A DNA stretch of 64,000 nt. Origin: Octopus bimaculoides (taxonomy: Eukaryota). The number at the start of each line of letters is the position of its first letter. Position 1 is the first letter of the stretch. Positions 1 through 13,479 of the stretch are shown here, one piece after another. Location: NCBI RefSeq assembly GCF_001194135.2, contig NC_068993.1:63264935-63328934 (forward strand), read 5' to 3'. The position numbers were made by a program, and so were the translations under genes. The notes under the pieces are model-generated. The model saw nothing but the letters and a program-made list of their open reading frames with translations. It was not told the DNA's origin and ran no database searches.

Positions 1-165
1 CTCACCACCATTCATAATTTGCATGTTCTTCGCGTTCAGAGCCCACGTCTCACCACCATTCATAATTTGCATGTTCTTCGCGTTTAGAGCCCACGTCTCA
101 CCACCATTCATAATTTGCATGTTGTTCGCGTTTAGAGCCCACGCCTCACCACCATTCATAATTTG
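1..165. repeat. 48-bp tandem repeat, ~3.4 copies (may continue left of the window)
   Basis: Unit ctcaccaccattcataatttgcatgttcttcgcgtt(c/t)agagcccacg(t/c) starts at 1, 49, 97 and 145. It explains the 16-aa periodic ORF 23..367. Confidence 0.95.
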
Positions 166-1249
166 TTTACAAAAATATTCATTCAATGGAAAACTTATCA
201 TCTGTAACATAATACAGACAAGGAAACAAACACACACAAACAATGGGCTTCTCTCAGTTTCCATTTACCAAATCTATTCATATGACTTTGGTCAGCCTAG
301 GGTTATAGCAGATAACACTTCCCCAAGCTGTCATGCAATGAGACTGAACCTGAAACCATATGCTTAGCAATTGGATTTCTTAAACACATGGCCATGCCTG
401 TGTGAATATCAGTGTCAGCTCCACACACAGGCAGGGTTGTGTGGTTAAGAGGTTTACTTCCTAACCTCATGGTTTCAGGTTCAATCCCTCTGTATGGCAC
501 TCTTGGCAAATTTCTTCCACAATAGCCCTAGGTTCACCAAAACTGTAAGAGAATTTTGGTAGATATAGGCATAGATGATCTTTTAATCCAAAGTTGGTAC
601 AAATCCAGTAAAGAGTCTACAAATTGTTCCCAAGCCTAATTAATTCCAAAAACAAAATGGAAAACAATAATCCTTTTGAAATCAAAATTAGCCTTTTTCT
701 TTATGTAAATTTTAATTCTAAATTTCAAATTTAAATTTTTAGAGGTTTAATTTAGAGTTATTTGATATTGTGAGACAGAAGGAATTTTACATACAATTAT
801 TTTTCACTCATTTTGATTTATTTATTTATTTCAAAGGGAAACTACTCTGTTTTACTTGAAGGTAGCCATTTGTAAATAATGAATTTCTTTTTATTTTTGT
901 TTGAAATCATCATATTATTAACTTTGAATCATGGTATTTATTACGTTTTAGTGGATAATATATTGCTTTTTAATTTTTGTAATCTTTTAATTAGCTAACT
1001 CTATCATTCTTAGTAGTTAGTAGATTTTTGTTTCATTAACTTTATGTGTAGTTTAGATGGTAATGGCAATTGTCGTTATCAAATCTTTATATATTGTGAA
1101 TTGTTATTTTAATCAATGCTGGAGTTGGATTTATATATATATATATATCTTTCTGGTTTTGAATGATCTGACGTTCCTTCTTTCATAACTCAATTGTTTG
1201 TTCCTTTCTGGGCTATTAGAGGTCTTTATTTGGCGAATCTTGCAAGCAT

Positions 1250-1850
1250 GAAGTGGATTCGATCCACCATAGCCAAATTTAAATTAACAGACCAACAGAA
1301 CTTTTCTCATGGTGGAACAATGGTTTTTTCAGTGGCAGCACTTTTACATATTCCAGATGCCTTTAGCTAAACCGAAATAATGTCTTCCCCACTTGACCCT
1401 TCTAACCCCTTCTACTTCACCAAAAGCTAGAATAGAGATACCACAGCACCACCAACGAAGCCCATTGTTCTCAATGATATGTCTATCCTTCTGGATAGTT
1501 ATAAAAGCAAGAACCCCCAAGCAAAAACCAGAGGTCACTTGGTGATAACTCAGTGAGTTGGCTCATGACAACTCAATCAGTCAGGAAACGGACTGTGAGC
1601 ATCATGACCACAAGCAAGGCAGTTACTAAAGACAAGTCAGAGAAATTAAATTTACTGTCAGTAACTATGAGAGACCTTCCCATGACCCTACAACTTTCAC
1701 TAGCTCTAATTCTGTTCTCTTACAACATCATTCTATCACTATCTGTGGATTACTACTAACATTTTGGGTACGCCAAACTATGCAAGGAAAATCTCTGTAG
1801 AAGACTTCCCAGTTTTAACGCAGAATTTCATATTGGCTCTTTCTTTCCTG
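1250..1850 (-). mobile_element. Highly decayed LINE reverse-transcriptase remnant (CR1/L2-like)
   Basis: Minus-strand fragments GKSSTEIF..GVPK and LIVTDSKFNFSD resemble the GVPQG and LGV.VD.KLNF regions of CR1/L2 RT; many stops. Confidence 0.3.
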
Positions 1851-3329
1851 TCCATGACAAAATTGTAGGCTACAGCATACACGTGATCACAAAAACATAA
1901 ATTTCACAACTTGTGAAATAAACACAGCAATATCACTAAGCACACTGCCTCATGGAGGTCATTGTTAACTCTCACTGCACATACAACCATGTGCTGCCAC
2001 CTGTTGGCATGCTTTTTGTTAACACCTCAAATTTATATACTCAAAAACTTAGTAAAATCATTGTCTTCAACACTTATAGGCTTGTCCTTTCAGGTGCCAG
2101 TGACACACAAAAGGCACCTGTGCCAGTGCTGTGCAAATGTCCTCATGCCAGTAAAAAGCACTCAGCACTCTCTGTTAAGTGGTTGGCATTAGGAAGGGCA
2201 TCCAGCCTTAGAAACTGTGCCACAACAGACAGCTGGAGTCTGGAGAGCTCTCTGATGGCATTTTCTATTTTTTAATATTTCTTTTTTTTCCTCCATGTCA
2301 AACTGTCCAACCCATGCCAGCATGGAAAGCAGACATTAAACAATGATGATGATGATGATGATGGTGTATGTGTATATACATTCATAATATATGTACATAT
2401 GTGTGTGTGTTTGTATGTATGTATGTGTGAGGAAAGCCTCTTCAAAAGGTAGAAAGAGTGAAGAGAACTGTTATTCTCTTCACCGTTGAGGACTGATGAA
2501 ATGTTTAAAAGGAAATAAAACAGATTTTGAATACAAAGGTCAGCAGACAAAAAGGAAATTGAGAGAAAAGTTTAGAGAGAGAAAGAAAGAAAGAAAGAAA
2601 GAATGAGAAATTGAAATTGTTAATTGAATATAGGTCAGTATTTGCTCAATAAAACAAAAGTGACACTTTGGTATAATCTGAATAACAAGTTAAAGGAACT
2701 GATTTTAACTGTGTCTTTTTTTTATTCCTGTAAATGTGTCATTTGGAATTTATGTGAAAAAAATTTTAATTTTCTCAAAAAGAATGTGTGAGCAAATTTC
2801 TTGAAAAACAGTTGTTTGTATATTTGTCAGTCGGAAGAAAAACCAACCACAAGGTTGCTTTTATATCATTACAATGGAAATAGAAAAAGAGTAAATACAC
2901 AGAAGAAATCGAATATTACAAACAAACTATAAAATTCCTACCAAAACATAGAAAGAAGTACATAGGCTACAATCCGCAGTACAACCAACAAGCAAAACCC
3001 TTTATAACAAAAAAAAAACAAAAAAAACTGCTTTTAACTGTTACAGAAACATTTTCCACCTGAGTAAAAATACAACAAACTACAAAATAAAAACATGAAT
3101 TTTCCTTTCTCCCAGCAGATAGACTGCTGTAAAATGCGGATTTCAGTAAACGAAGTGGCACATGTGCCAAACTACTCTGTGAGGTACAGACCACCATGAT
3201 CGGATGGTCTACCTTATGAGCTTTGTTTCTATAATACCATACTTGTTCACTCTTGTCTTTTTTTATCCATCTGACAACAGAACTGAAGCATCCCCAGCTG
3301 AGTTAACTGGGGAGGGGTGAGGCTGAGGA

Positions 3330-3850
3330 AGGAGGATGCAAACAAGAAGGACAGGATTAAGGAATTTCAAGCCAATAATTCTGCTTAACACAAATTCAAA
3401 AAATTTGGCAAAAGTGCTCTCCAAAAGGCTAGCACTTGTCTACAAAAATGAGTCAGAAGAGGAAAAACATCATGCAATCACTACAGTGTACCGGTCTCAG
3501 AAACCATTTCACTTCAAACACAAGGTCCTTCAGGAATACCCTCTCTCCATGCTGCCATATGTTTTGGTTTTGGAGCCATTACTGTGAAGGGTAGAGTCTT
3601 TCAAGGGCTACCCATTCAAAGAGGGTCACAGAAAAACCATATCAACATATGCAGACAGAAGTGGTCAACGCTGTACTGGTGGAATGCCAGGAGTGTACAG
3701 GAACTCACATCAGAGACAAGTCAGTGGACATCAGATGAAACAAGTCACTTAGCATCAGCCCTGGCAGGCAGTGGTGATTTCTATCACTGGACTGAGCACC
3801 TGGTGCTCAAGGTTTGGTTTAGACCAGACCTTCAAGTGGAATAAGGACCG
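3330..3850 (+). mobile_element. Tx1/L1-clade LINE RT remnant
   Basis: ORF 3336..3587 has FKPIILLNTNSKNLAKVLSKRL (cf. RPI.LLN.DYKILAK.LA.RL) and VLQEYPLSMLPYVLVLEPLL (cf. V.QGCPLS..LY.L..EPL). Confidence 0.75.
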
Positions 3851-4967
3851 GGAAAAGGTTACGAGAAGTCTGGCCAGTCACATTCAGAAATAGGCAAAAA
3901 GTCTTCCCTAGTATTGAGAATTTTGTAGTTATAGATATTTTTTTTACTTCTTTTTCTGTTGTTGCAAACCCTATTTTTGTTGTTGTTTTTATTGTCTTTA
4001 ATGTCTTGAGTTCTTGTGGCCAATAAAAGAAGTTTTCATCATCATCACCATTATGGCAGTGAAATAGAAGTATGCAAAACACTGAACAAAATTCCTTTTC
4101 GTATTTAGTTATCTCACTTTTTTTTAACTATCTTTACCATTTAATTCTCTCCCTCTCTCTCTATCTGTATCTTTCTCTCTCTCTCTCCTCTCTTTATCTG
4201 TCTATCAATGTTTCTCTTTGCCTCTCTCTCTCTTTCTGTTTCTATTCTACTCTATCTATTTACCTACCTGTCTCTCTCTCTCTCTCTTTCTCTCTTTCCA
4301 CCTGACCCCCCCNNNNNNNNNNNNNNNNNNNNNNNNNNNNNNNNNNNNNNNNNNNNNNNNNNNNNNNNNNNNNNNNNNNNNNNNNNNNNNNNNNNNNNNN
4401 NNNNNNNNNNNNNNNNNNNNNNNNNNNNNNNNNNNNNNNNNNNNNNNNNNNNNNNNNNNNNNNNNNNNNNNNNNNNNNNNNNNNNNNNNNNNNNNNNNNN
4501 NNNNNNNNNNNNNNNNNNNNNNNNNNNNNNNNNNNNNNNNNNNNNNNNNNNNNNNNNNNNNNNNNNNNNNNNNNNNNNNNNNNNNNNNNNNNNNNNNNNN
4601 NNNNNNNNNNNNNNNNNNNNNNNNNNNNNNNNNNNNNNNNNNNNNNNNNNNNNNNNNNNNNNNNNNNNNNNNNNNNNNNNNNNNNNNNNNNNNNNNNNNN
4701 NNNNNTTGCATGCTGTCCTATCTTCACAGATGAGCATCGAACGGAAGAATCAGGAGAGTAAACATGCATAATTATCAATATTATCATCATAATTAATATC
4801 ATAAATTTATAATAACAATAATAATCCTAGAAGCACAAAGCCTCAAATTTGGGGGAAGGGATTAAGTCAATTACATCGACCCCAGTGCACAACTGGTACT
4901 TAATTTATCAACCCTGAAAGGATGAAAGACAAAGCCGATCCCAGTGGAATAATAATAATAATAAAAA

Positions 4968-5056
4968 AAGCGGCGAGCTGGCAGAAACGTTAGCACACCG
5001 GGTGAAATGCTTAGCGGAATTTCGTCTGCCGCTACATTCTGAGTTCAAATTCCGCT
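4968..5056 (+). mobile_element. tRNA-head SINE fragment (representative of an abundant family)
   Basis: ggcgagctggcagaaacgttagcac...gagttcaaattccgc. Related copies with tttcatcctttcggggtcgataaa...agtaccag lie at ~24730-24930, 26080-26260, 30660-30860, 32160-32335 (-) and 54645-54790. Confidence 0.75.
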
Positions 5057-5084
5057 ACAAACGTGAGGAGAAAATGGACTTATA

Positions 5085-5277
5085 ATGACAATAGAACTGT
5101 AATGAAATTGCTAAAGAAATTGAAATTGGAACTCACATTGTCAACCTGCGGAAAAGTGCAATCCTATATTCTGCAAGAATCTTAAAGAAGATTCTTGAAA
5201 TTTGAGGAGACTTGTCACCAAACATTAAAAAAAAAAAAAAAAAAAATACCTGCTAACTAAATCAGCACACACTAGCA

Positions 5278-5308
<31 letters not shown>

Positions 5309-5560
5309 TGTGTCTACCAGGGGAATTATTATTAATAATAATAACCCCCAGTAGACACAATAGCTTCAATCAACAGCATCACAACATTGGATACTGTGTG
5401 ACATCTTAAATAATAATAAGGATCCAAGGGCACCAAAGACCACCTTGTGATAGACAAGGTTGTAACAAAGAACTGCAAACGATACCAAAAAAACTTGTGC
5501 ATGACTTGGACAGACTTTAAAAAGGCTTACGACATGATGCCACATTCGTGGATTTTGGCA
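5085..5560 (+). mobile_element. Fragments of an RLE-type (R2/R4/NeSL group) non-LTR retrotransposon
   Basis: C-terminal IGTHIVNLRKSAILYSARILKKILEI* at ~5130-5205 and RT motif TKDHLVIDK...WTDFKKAYDMMPHSWI at ~5430-5555. Confidence 0.7.
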
Positions 5561-6750
5561 TCCACAGCTACCAACTTTTCTCTGAAGACAAACCTGGATG
5601 GTCACTTGAATGGGAACTGCCCCAACTCAAGCCCTCAAAGTTCAACACCACACCCATCACAGAAAGAACAATGTAAGAGCATCAAATGAACCAGAGAAGA
5701 GCATACAGAAGTTATATGTGCCTATTACTATGCCTTAGGTAGGCCATCTGAAGAGAAACACTGGCTCTCATGGCTTCTTATCTTCAATAATACAGACACT
5801 GGCTCTCATGGCGTCTTACTTTAACTGATTGGCAGTGTTAGCATGTACATGTTTTGTCTTGGTAGAAAAGATGGGCTACAGCAAATATTTTGCTCAATAC
5901 CACAGATTTGCTTGTCAGTTGCTTGACCTTAACCAGTTGAGCATGTCCCTTGGTGGCTGACGATATGTGCATCTCTGATCATGAGCAGAAGTAGTGGGGG
6001 AACATCGTAGCCATTTGTTGAGAGGAATTCTTCGGGGTTTGAATAATTCAACAGGTGTTTCATTCATCATCCTTAAACAACCCTTATTCAGGGCTACTCG
6101 ACTTGAAGAAAATTCTAACTTGGCTTCACCTCCAACGTCATATACTGCTTATCATGATATGAAATCACCATGTTACACACATGTTTATGATGCCTGTTCC
6201 TAGTGTTCCCTTATCAGACGGGTAGTCATGATGGGTATATTGGGCTTTGTATATTTGTACCCCGGTTTCACTTTGATGGCATGTGCTGCTCTCTCACACA
6301 ATAATAATAATAATAAAAACAATAATGATAATATTTTTTTTTCCACCAGAGGTACAAGACCTGAAATTTTGGGGTAAAGGGGCCAGTCATTTACATTGAC
6401 CTCAGTGCTCAACTGGTATTTATTTCTTTGACTCTGGAAAGACAAAAGGCAAAGCTGACCTCAGTAAAATTTGAACTCAGAACATAGACAGACAAGATGC
6501 TGCTAAGTCTTTCATCCAGTGTGCAAACGAATCTGCTAGCTTTGCCACATTAACAATTTCCAAAATATGCTGAAGGCTGTAGATGTTCTGCAGAGAGGGG
6601 TTTAGTTAATTAAACTGATCTCTTGATTGAGACTTTATTTAATCAACCTTAAAAAGATGAAGAGTAAATTTGATCTTAGCAGAATTTGAACTCACAATCT
6701 AATGAAATACTGCAAGGCCATTTTCCTCATCATTCTACGAATTCTGTCAC

Positions 6751-6788
<38 letters not shown>

Positions 6789-6954
6789 ACATTCTAAATA
6801 GATTTGTTATTTTTTTTTCTTATCAGGGTTAACAACGTAATGATTATTACAAGTTCAAATATAATTAGTCTCAGCAGAGGAGGGACTTGGAATGTTTGAT
6901 TAACAACAGTAAATAAAAATGGATAAATAATTGGAATGGAAGAACAAGGAAATA

Positions 6955-7265
6955 ACAGAACCACCACCACCACCACCACCACCACTACAAACATCACCAT
7001 AGCCATCACTACCACCACCACCATTATCACCACCTCCATCACCCTCACCACTATCACCACCGCCGCCACCACCACAACCATCGCCACAACCACCACCACC
7101 ACCATCACACCACTACCACCATCACACCACTACCACCACCTTCACACTACTACCACCACCTTCACCACTATCACCACCACCACCACAACAACCACCACCA
7201 CCACCATCACACCACTATCACCACCACCACCACTACAACCACCACTACCACCATCACCCCCACCA
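6955..7265. repeat. Imperfect (ACC)n trinucleotide array
   Basis: Degenerate acc/cac/atc triplets producing poly-Thr and poly-Val ORFs. Confidence 0.9.
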
Positions 7266-7350
7266 GTAAAATCAGCCACAATCTGAATAGCTTCAAGAAC
7301 AACTGCAACAAGACCAACAAAAGCAACATCAAAAAATAGAAGAAGCACCA

Positions 7351-7386
<36 letters not shown>

Positions 7387-7924
7387 GGGAGACAAGATTT
7401 GACCGGTTCCTCATGATAAGACTGTGNNNNNNNNNNCCCCCCCCCCGCCCTCTCTTGACCCATGTCATGTTTGCTTTGCCTTTGCAAAAACTACTTAAAG
7501 CTCTTCTCTCTGGACCCCGTGCTCAGACCAACCAAGCTGCTGCGAAAGGTAAGCAAAACTTTTAGTTATTATTGACTTACGGAAAGAGTTGTTGCAGTCA
7601 AAATGAATTCTTGGGGCATCAAATGCCGTCTGTTTGAATGGTTTCACTTGTTCTAAGCTGCACCATCTGTTGCAAAGTCTCGGGTATAAAATATATTAGG
7701 AATTTGTTTTACTCTTTCACTATTTCAACGATTCATCCCTAACATTTACGATTTCTCTACTCATTTTCTTCTTTTTTTTTGTTTTTTGGTTGAATCAGTT
7801 GTCGTCTCTCACAATGTCCTCTAAACACTTGCAGTGTCTTCTTATTTCTTTATTGCCCACAAGGGGCTAATTGCAGTGTCTTCTTACTCATTGCAGTGTC
7901 TTGTAAACATTTTCTTAAAGAAAA

Positions 7925-7961
<37 letters not shown>

Positions 7962-8056
7962 ACGAACCAAACCCCATCTCCATATATGGAATTTTAGGTT
8001 GCTCTTCAGGGCTGCTATTGTTGTTTAGTCCCTGATCCAATTCTGATCATGCAGAC

Positions 8057-8640
8057 CTATGTTTGAATGCATTCCACCCATGACCAGACAGTCTCTTTTT
8101 TTCTGTGCTTTAAATGCTGGGGCTCTAGCTTCGTTCTTCGTGATGTATGTTCTGGAAGGTATCTTCTTCCAGAACAAACCAGTCTCATGCATACAGAATA
8201 CCTGTTCTGGCTTGTATCCCAGCTTGTCCTCGATGATCTACCTGGAGGTCTTGAGGTACTTCTCTGTGGCTTTTCTATCGGCTGATGCCATCTCTCCATG
8301 CAGGGAGACACACTTTATTTTAAACTGTTACTTGAAATGGCCAAACTATCCTTTGCTGGTTTGGAAATCTTCGGGCTCCAGTGCTGTCAATGGTCTTCAG
8401 TGCTTTCTGCTCCATCTCCTCTGTTGAACTGCTGGTATAATTCCTGAACGCCACCTCGTTCTTCTTTATGTAGCACATGGTGCTTTCGTTGACAACATAA
8501 TAGCGACCTACTGCAACATAACTTTTACCAGGACCACGAATTCTGAACCACAAATAAGCAGGGGTACACTGTATGTTAGCTTGGCTTGAAGAATCTGTCT
8601 TGCGATTCTTTACTGCGATATTTTAATAACATGTCTATAG
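8057..8640 (-). mobile_element. Tigger/pogo-type transposase remnant
   Basis: Minus strand gives VGRYYVVNESTMCYIKKNE (psq-like HTH), EDFQTSKG*F (CENP-B-like HTH) and APAFKAQKKRDCLVMGGNA (start of the DDE region); frameshifts and stops. Confidence 0.75.
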
Positions 8641-8869
8641 TATTGAAGCTATTATTTCTCAATGTGAAAAAGTAGTGCATTGACCTGGGGAGGCTCCCTG
8701 ATCTCTGAGCTATGCACCTTTATTGAGTAACACCACTCCTGAGATCGTTTGGAGGAACTCCATTTGTCTGCATGACAAACATATAGCAGAAATAAAACCA
8801 CTGAAAAAATGACATATGCCGTGCTTGAGGAGACCTTATTGAGTCAAGTACATCAACATCAAAATGAAA

Positions 8870-9160
8870 TCAAATCACAATCAAATGGAAATTGTAGTTG
8901 TGGTCCTTGTGCCAGTGGCACCTAAAAAGCATCTTCCGATCATGGTCAATGCCAGCCCCCTCTGGCCCCTGTGCCAGTGGAATGTAAGAAGCACTCACTA
9001 CACTCTCGGAATGGTTGGCATTAGGAAGGGCATCCAGCTGTAGAAACATTGCCAGATCAGACTGGAGTCTGGTGCAGCCTCCTGTCTTTCCAGACCCCAG
9101 TCGAACCATCCAACCCATGCCAGTATGGAAAACGGACATTAAACGATGATGATGATGATG
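8870..9160 (-). mobile_element. SINE with RTE-like tail ending in (CAT)n (representative copy)
   Basis: ggcattaggaagggcatccagctgtagaaac...caacccatgccagtatggaaaacggacattaaacgatgatgat. Other copies at ~2150-2360, 17200-17700, 23030-23140, 34560-34800, 38213-38361, 41140-41480 and 61800-62300. Confidence 0.85.
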
Positions 9161-9889
9161 CAACCAAAACTAATTTCTTACCCATATGGAACCATATCTA
9201 AATACATTTATATCATCTCAAACTGAGTAAAAGAAATCACAATAATAAGAAGAACATTCATCTTGGGTGGATTTGTAGTTTATAGATCAAGAGCTAACTA
9301 GAAGTGGACTATATATCTGTTCACAACAGACATGAGAAATTCCACCAGCAGCAATGCCCGTCACATGGTAACAGAGGTGGACAACACAGAGAATGAGTAA
9401 AAGTCTGTTTTGGATATATCGAATAAAATTCCTAAGGATTTTATATCAAGAATTATATGTAAAGCAGTGTATCACCAGTACTGGATTAACCATTAAGCAA
9501 AATAAGTGTGTGGGGCATAACAGAAACGGTAAAGAGTTTACAGCACAAAAGAAATTACTTTAAACTTGCTAAAATAATATTTGAAGTAGTTTAAATGATC
9601 AGAAATATAATTTTGAAGTGTTCGTGGTGTCAAAGTGAAGATCTGATCAAAGACTTCACAATTAAAAGAAGGCGGAAACTTTTCAAATATAAATAAAGTG
9701 GAAGTGTACAAAAACAAGAGCACTCAGAGAGCGCAAACCTCTGCCAATGCAACACCAATGTTCTCTCAACGATTAGCCAGAGATGATTTTTAAAATGAGA
9801 ATGTCTGAAATAAACTCGACTGCTCTCACAAACGAGAATACTAAAAATGAAATTGACTGCTCTCAAAAATTAAATAAAAAAAAGACAGG

Positions 9890-10066
9890 GAAAATAATCC
9901 AGAACCCTGTTCGCTACTGGATCAGTTCATGCCTGTCATGAGGCCAAACATCTCTGAAAGTTTCATCCAAATCCATCCAGCGGTTCTTGAAATATCTTGT
10001 CTACAGACAAACAAACAAACAAACATGACTGAAAACAACACCTCTGCCTTCGCTAAGGCAGAGGTC
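9890..10066 (+). mobile_element. Non-autonomous Helentron-associated (HINE-like) element end
   Basis: An (AAAC)n tract is followed by a perfect 10-bp hairpin cctctgcctt-cgct-aaggcagagg (10041-10064), the architecture of HINE 3' ends. Confidence 0.5.
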
Positions 10067-11101
10067 ATGAACACTATTTTCCTCTTTTTACTGTTAGTTT
10101 TATTCTGTTCTAAGAATAAAAATATATTTTATGGTTTATTATTGTTTATATTTTGAATTACATAAATATATGGAGGGTAGCAAAATCTTTTAAGTGCTTA
10201 GGGCTTCTACAGGTCTTAATCCAGCCTTTTGTACCATGTAGAATATGTTACTTCAAGTTTTCACTTTTTTCCCCAATTTAATACTGAGTGGAGCAGAGTT
10301 TAGCAGTGGGGAAAGTATGTTGTAATGATATTAATTGGCTCATGTTTACTTGTAATATATTCTGGACATGTTGCATCATGTTTATTGCTCCATGTGTTTA
10401 CGAGTGAAAGGCAATATGACAGCACAGCTATGTTACTACACCCAGCTGTCTTCCAGCCAATTTCTTGTAATAAATAAAGGCAGACAAGGTGAGCTCAATA
10501 AAAGTAAGCTGACCAGGATTTCTCCTGGATTTATTAGGTTATGGCTTACAACCAACGACAGACTTGCAACACTGTTCTGATTTAAAAACAAAAAATTATT
10601 TCAAGGTTACAGCTAACATTAAATTGTTAATTGGCAAAGTCTGAGACCAAAAGAACAATATACATTTTATTGTGAGAACTATAGGTAAATAGTAATATTA
10701 TTTTGTATTCTATTGTCTATATTTGTTGGTGTCTATGTGTGTGTGTGTGTGTTTGCCTGTGTGCGTGTGCATATTTCTATGGTTTCATATATCGACCAAA
10801 CGAACCAATTTCCTCCAGGTTACAAGATTATCATATTTCTTCTATTTCTTCAAATTTCAATGTCTTATAATGTAAATGTTTTATAAAATGAGTTTCGGAG
10901 TTTCTTTTGTGGTTTCAACTTTATTTAACCTGCAAAAGCGCTATCAGAAATATTTCAGAAATTTCTAGTCTCTATGTCTTACAGAAACTGACTAAAAAAT
11001 GTTGTAAACCATTTCAGTTAATATATTGATGCGACGACCGAAAATACAATTAGCATTATATCCCTATTTCCCGGGCTGGGTTTTGAACCCGTACTCTGGT
11101 C

Positions 11102-12109
11102 TGTTGGGGAGAATGGTATTTCCTTTGTCTTGTCGGCAACCACAGCTATTTTTAGCGTAGCTGCCCCTTTCCGGTCAGCGAAAGTTCAAAAACAGCAGGA
11201 TAGGAATGTACCAACCGACCCATCTTGGCAGGGGGTAAAGTAGTACAATGAGCTGTGGTATTTGGGATGAATAGGAGAACGAGAATTGGCAGCAAAAGCA
11301 GTTAGCAGAGAATTTGGGCAGTCGAGCTCTGGGAGCCAGGAGGATCGGTTGTGTCGAGTGGTAGCAGTCGTCCGAAGCAGTTGGGGGACAGCAGTTTGCC
11401 CGTGGAGATGAAGCAGTTGTACAGAGATGAAGAAAGAAGAATTATAAGTCTGACAGAGAAAGTTATGGTCAGCAGAAACGCATAGAGTCCCAGAGAGAGA
11501 GACGGAATTGTAGTGGCAGACTGCCTTGGTCAGTGGAAGTAGCAGACCTGAAGGAAACAAACTTCGTTGTGGTAAATGCTTTTATATTATTTTAGAGAAA
11601 AAGAACTCTGAGTTGTTAACTGTGTTGTTAAATGCTTCTAAAAGAAAGGAAAAGAAAAGAAATACAAAAGAAAGAAGCAGNNNNNNNNNNNNNNNNNNNN
11701 NNNNNNNNNNNNNNNNNNNNNNNNNNNNNNNNNNNNNNNNNNNNNNNNNNNNNNNNNNNNNNNNNTGAAAAGCTTGTAATTGTTTGGAAACTTTGTCAAC
11801 GTTATTGAACTGTTATGCCATGTATTGTAATTGTTATTATGTAATGCTCTATTCTAATGTTTTAAATGTATTCTGTGATGTTATGTATGTAAAAAGAAAA
11901 GGTTACCCAACGCATGGTCTTCGTGTTGTTTCTTCCTCCCCGTCCTATTTGCCTGTGTTGTTCTTCGTTACATGCTCCAGCCGGGGCTTTATTATCGCGG
12001 TCAGGTGACCGACAGACGAATTTGCTAGCTCACTGAGTGTTGAACGTTCGCGCGTGCGCAAGTCCCCTCTTCGGTGTTAAGGAGGTGCTTCGCGTGCGGG
12101 CGTTCGTAA
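11102..12109. mobile_element. Possible solo LTR or LTR fragments interrupted by a gap
   Basis: CpG-richer block starting TGTTGG and ending cgtAACA. No TSD, PBS or internal ORF seen. Confidence 0.25.
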
Positions 12110-12326
12110 CAACCTCTTATAGAAAGATTTTAAAATATTTTAGTCCGTTTATTATCATTTTTAATTAATAGAAGATGCAATAATGGCTGTGTAATTGAGA
12201 GGTTTGGGTTCAGTCCCACTGTATGACACGAAGGACAGGTGTCTTCTGCTACAGCCTGGGATCAAACAAGTGGATTTGGTGTGGATGGAAACTGAAAGAA
12301 GCTTGTCATATCTATTCTTCTATATA

Positions 12327-12362
<36 letters not shown>

Positions 12363-12386
12363 TCAGTCTATCTATCTATCTATCAG

Positions 12387-12417
<31 letters not shown>

Positions 12418-12627
12418 GTCTGTCTGTCTGTCTGTCTATCTGTCTATCAGTCTGTCTGTCTGTCTATTTATCTGTCTGTCATTCTGTCTGTCTGCGTGTC
12501 TACCTTTATGTGTGTGTGTGTGTATGTGATCCCATTTGCACTTCTCCATAAATCACTGAACTCCAAAAAGTGATGCATTTACCTTTTTTACCTGTCAACT
12601 AATAACCAATTACTTTCGCACCTTCTG

Positions 12628-12814
12628 AGAGTAAAGATTATTTGCCAACATAACATGGCAGTCCTGGTTTAGTACGAATGTTGCTGTAATTTAGCCCCAG
12701 GAGACATCGTCTCCAGCTGGCTATATGACACGATCTGGAGACGATGTCTAAGTTACAGCAACATTCGTCCTAAACCAGGATTACCATTTTATGTTGGCAA
12801 ATAATCTTTATTCT
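12628..12814. repeat. Long inverted repeat (89/80-nt arms, 18-nt loop)
   Basis: 12628-12716 is the reverse complement of 12735-12814, apart from a 9-nt bulge and a few mismatches. Confidence 0.95.
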
Positions 12815-13072
12815 AGAGTACTGTTGCTGAATATCTCTTGTTGAAAGAGTTACAAATAGTAATTTTCTATCATCTTTATTTTGAAAAACAAGTAAGGGTT
12901 AATGACAGGAAGGGCGTCCGTCTGTAAAACTTTACCTCAATAATATATTCGTCTAACCCATGCAAACATGGGAAAACAGATGTAAACCAACAAAATTTTA
13001 TGAACACTAGCATTATTGATTGCAGGTTCCCAGAAGTCCAGTTACTTGTTCATTGTATTTGTGACATTGCAG

Positions 13073-13120
13073 AGTGACAAGGGAGTGTCTGTCTAACTGT
13101 GGCAGAATAAACACCACAAG
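13073..13120 (+). other. Candidate non-coding 5' exon of avidin cassette A
   Basis: ttgcag|agtgac...cacaag|gtatgt. The next acceptor (caacag|, 13798) lies 8 nt before the ATG at 13807. Confidence 0.45.
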
Positions 13121-13479
13121 GTATGTTTTATTTATTTATTTAATGTGTGGGCATCTTTGGTGGATGCATGTCTGCACATGTGTATGTGTGTACACACAAC
13201 TACATATATGAGTGTTTGTGTAGTTTTGCAGATGTAAATGTGTTGGCGATGAATTTGTTGTCAAGAAAACTTATAAATGTGATTTGATTTGGTTTGCTGA
13301 AAGCAAATTGAGACAAATAGTAGTTTCATGTGCGAAAATATTGTGATTATTGGGTTGGGGCATAATTATTGGAAAGTAGACGTTAAATGATGATGATGTT
13401 ATTATTCCAAGACTATCATATACCAATTTAATTAGCAGGAATATTATCTTCAGGTTTGATGGCTACAAGTCTCTTCAAA

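Noticed and set aside
1-165. CRISPR-like repeats
   Set aside because: Contiguous 48-bp units with no unique spacers, in eukaryotic DNA.
2458-2530. 10-bp hairpin followed by CTGATGA as a third hammerhead
   Set aside because: No proper stem II-GAAA or stem I/III pairing.
4208-4802. Long ORFs here and at ~33.4, 36.1, 51.8, 53.6, 57.0 and 62.4-63.4 kb
   Set aside because: They are open only because they run through N gaps and microsatellites.
6936-7286. Mucin-like poly-Thr ORF and antisense TM-like ORF
   Set aside because: Product of an (ACC)n array; no convincing splice partners or signal peptide.
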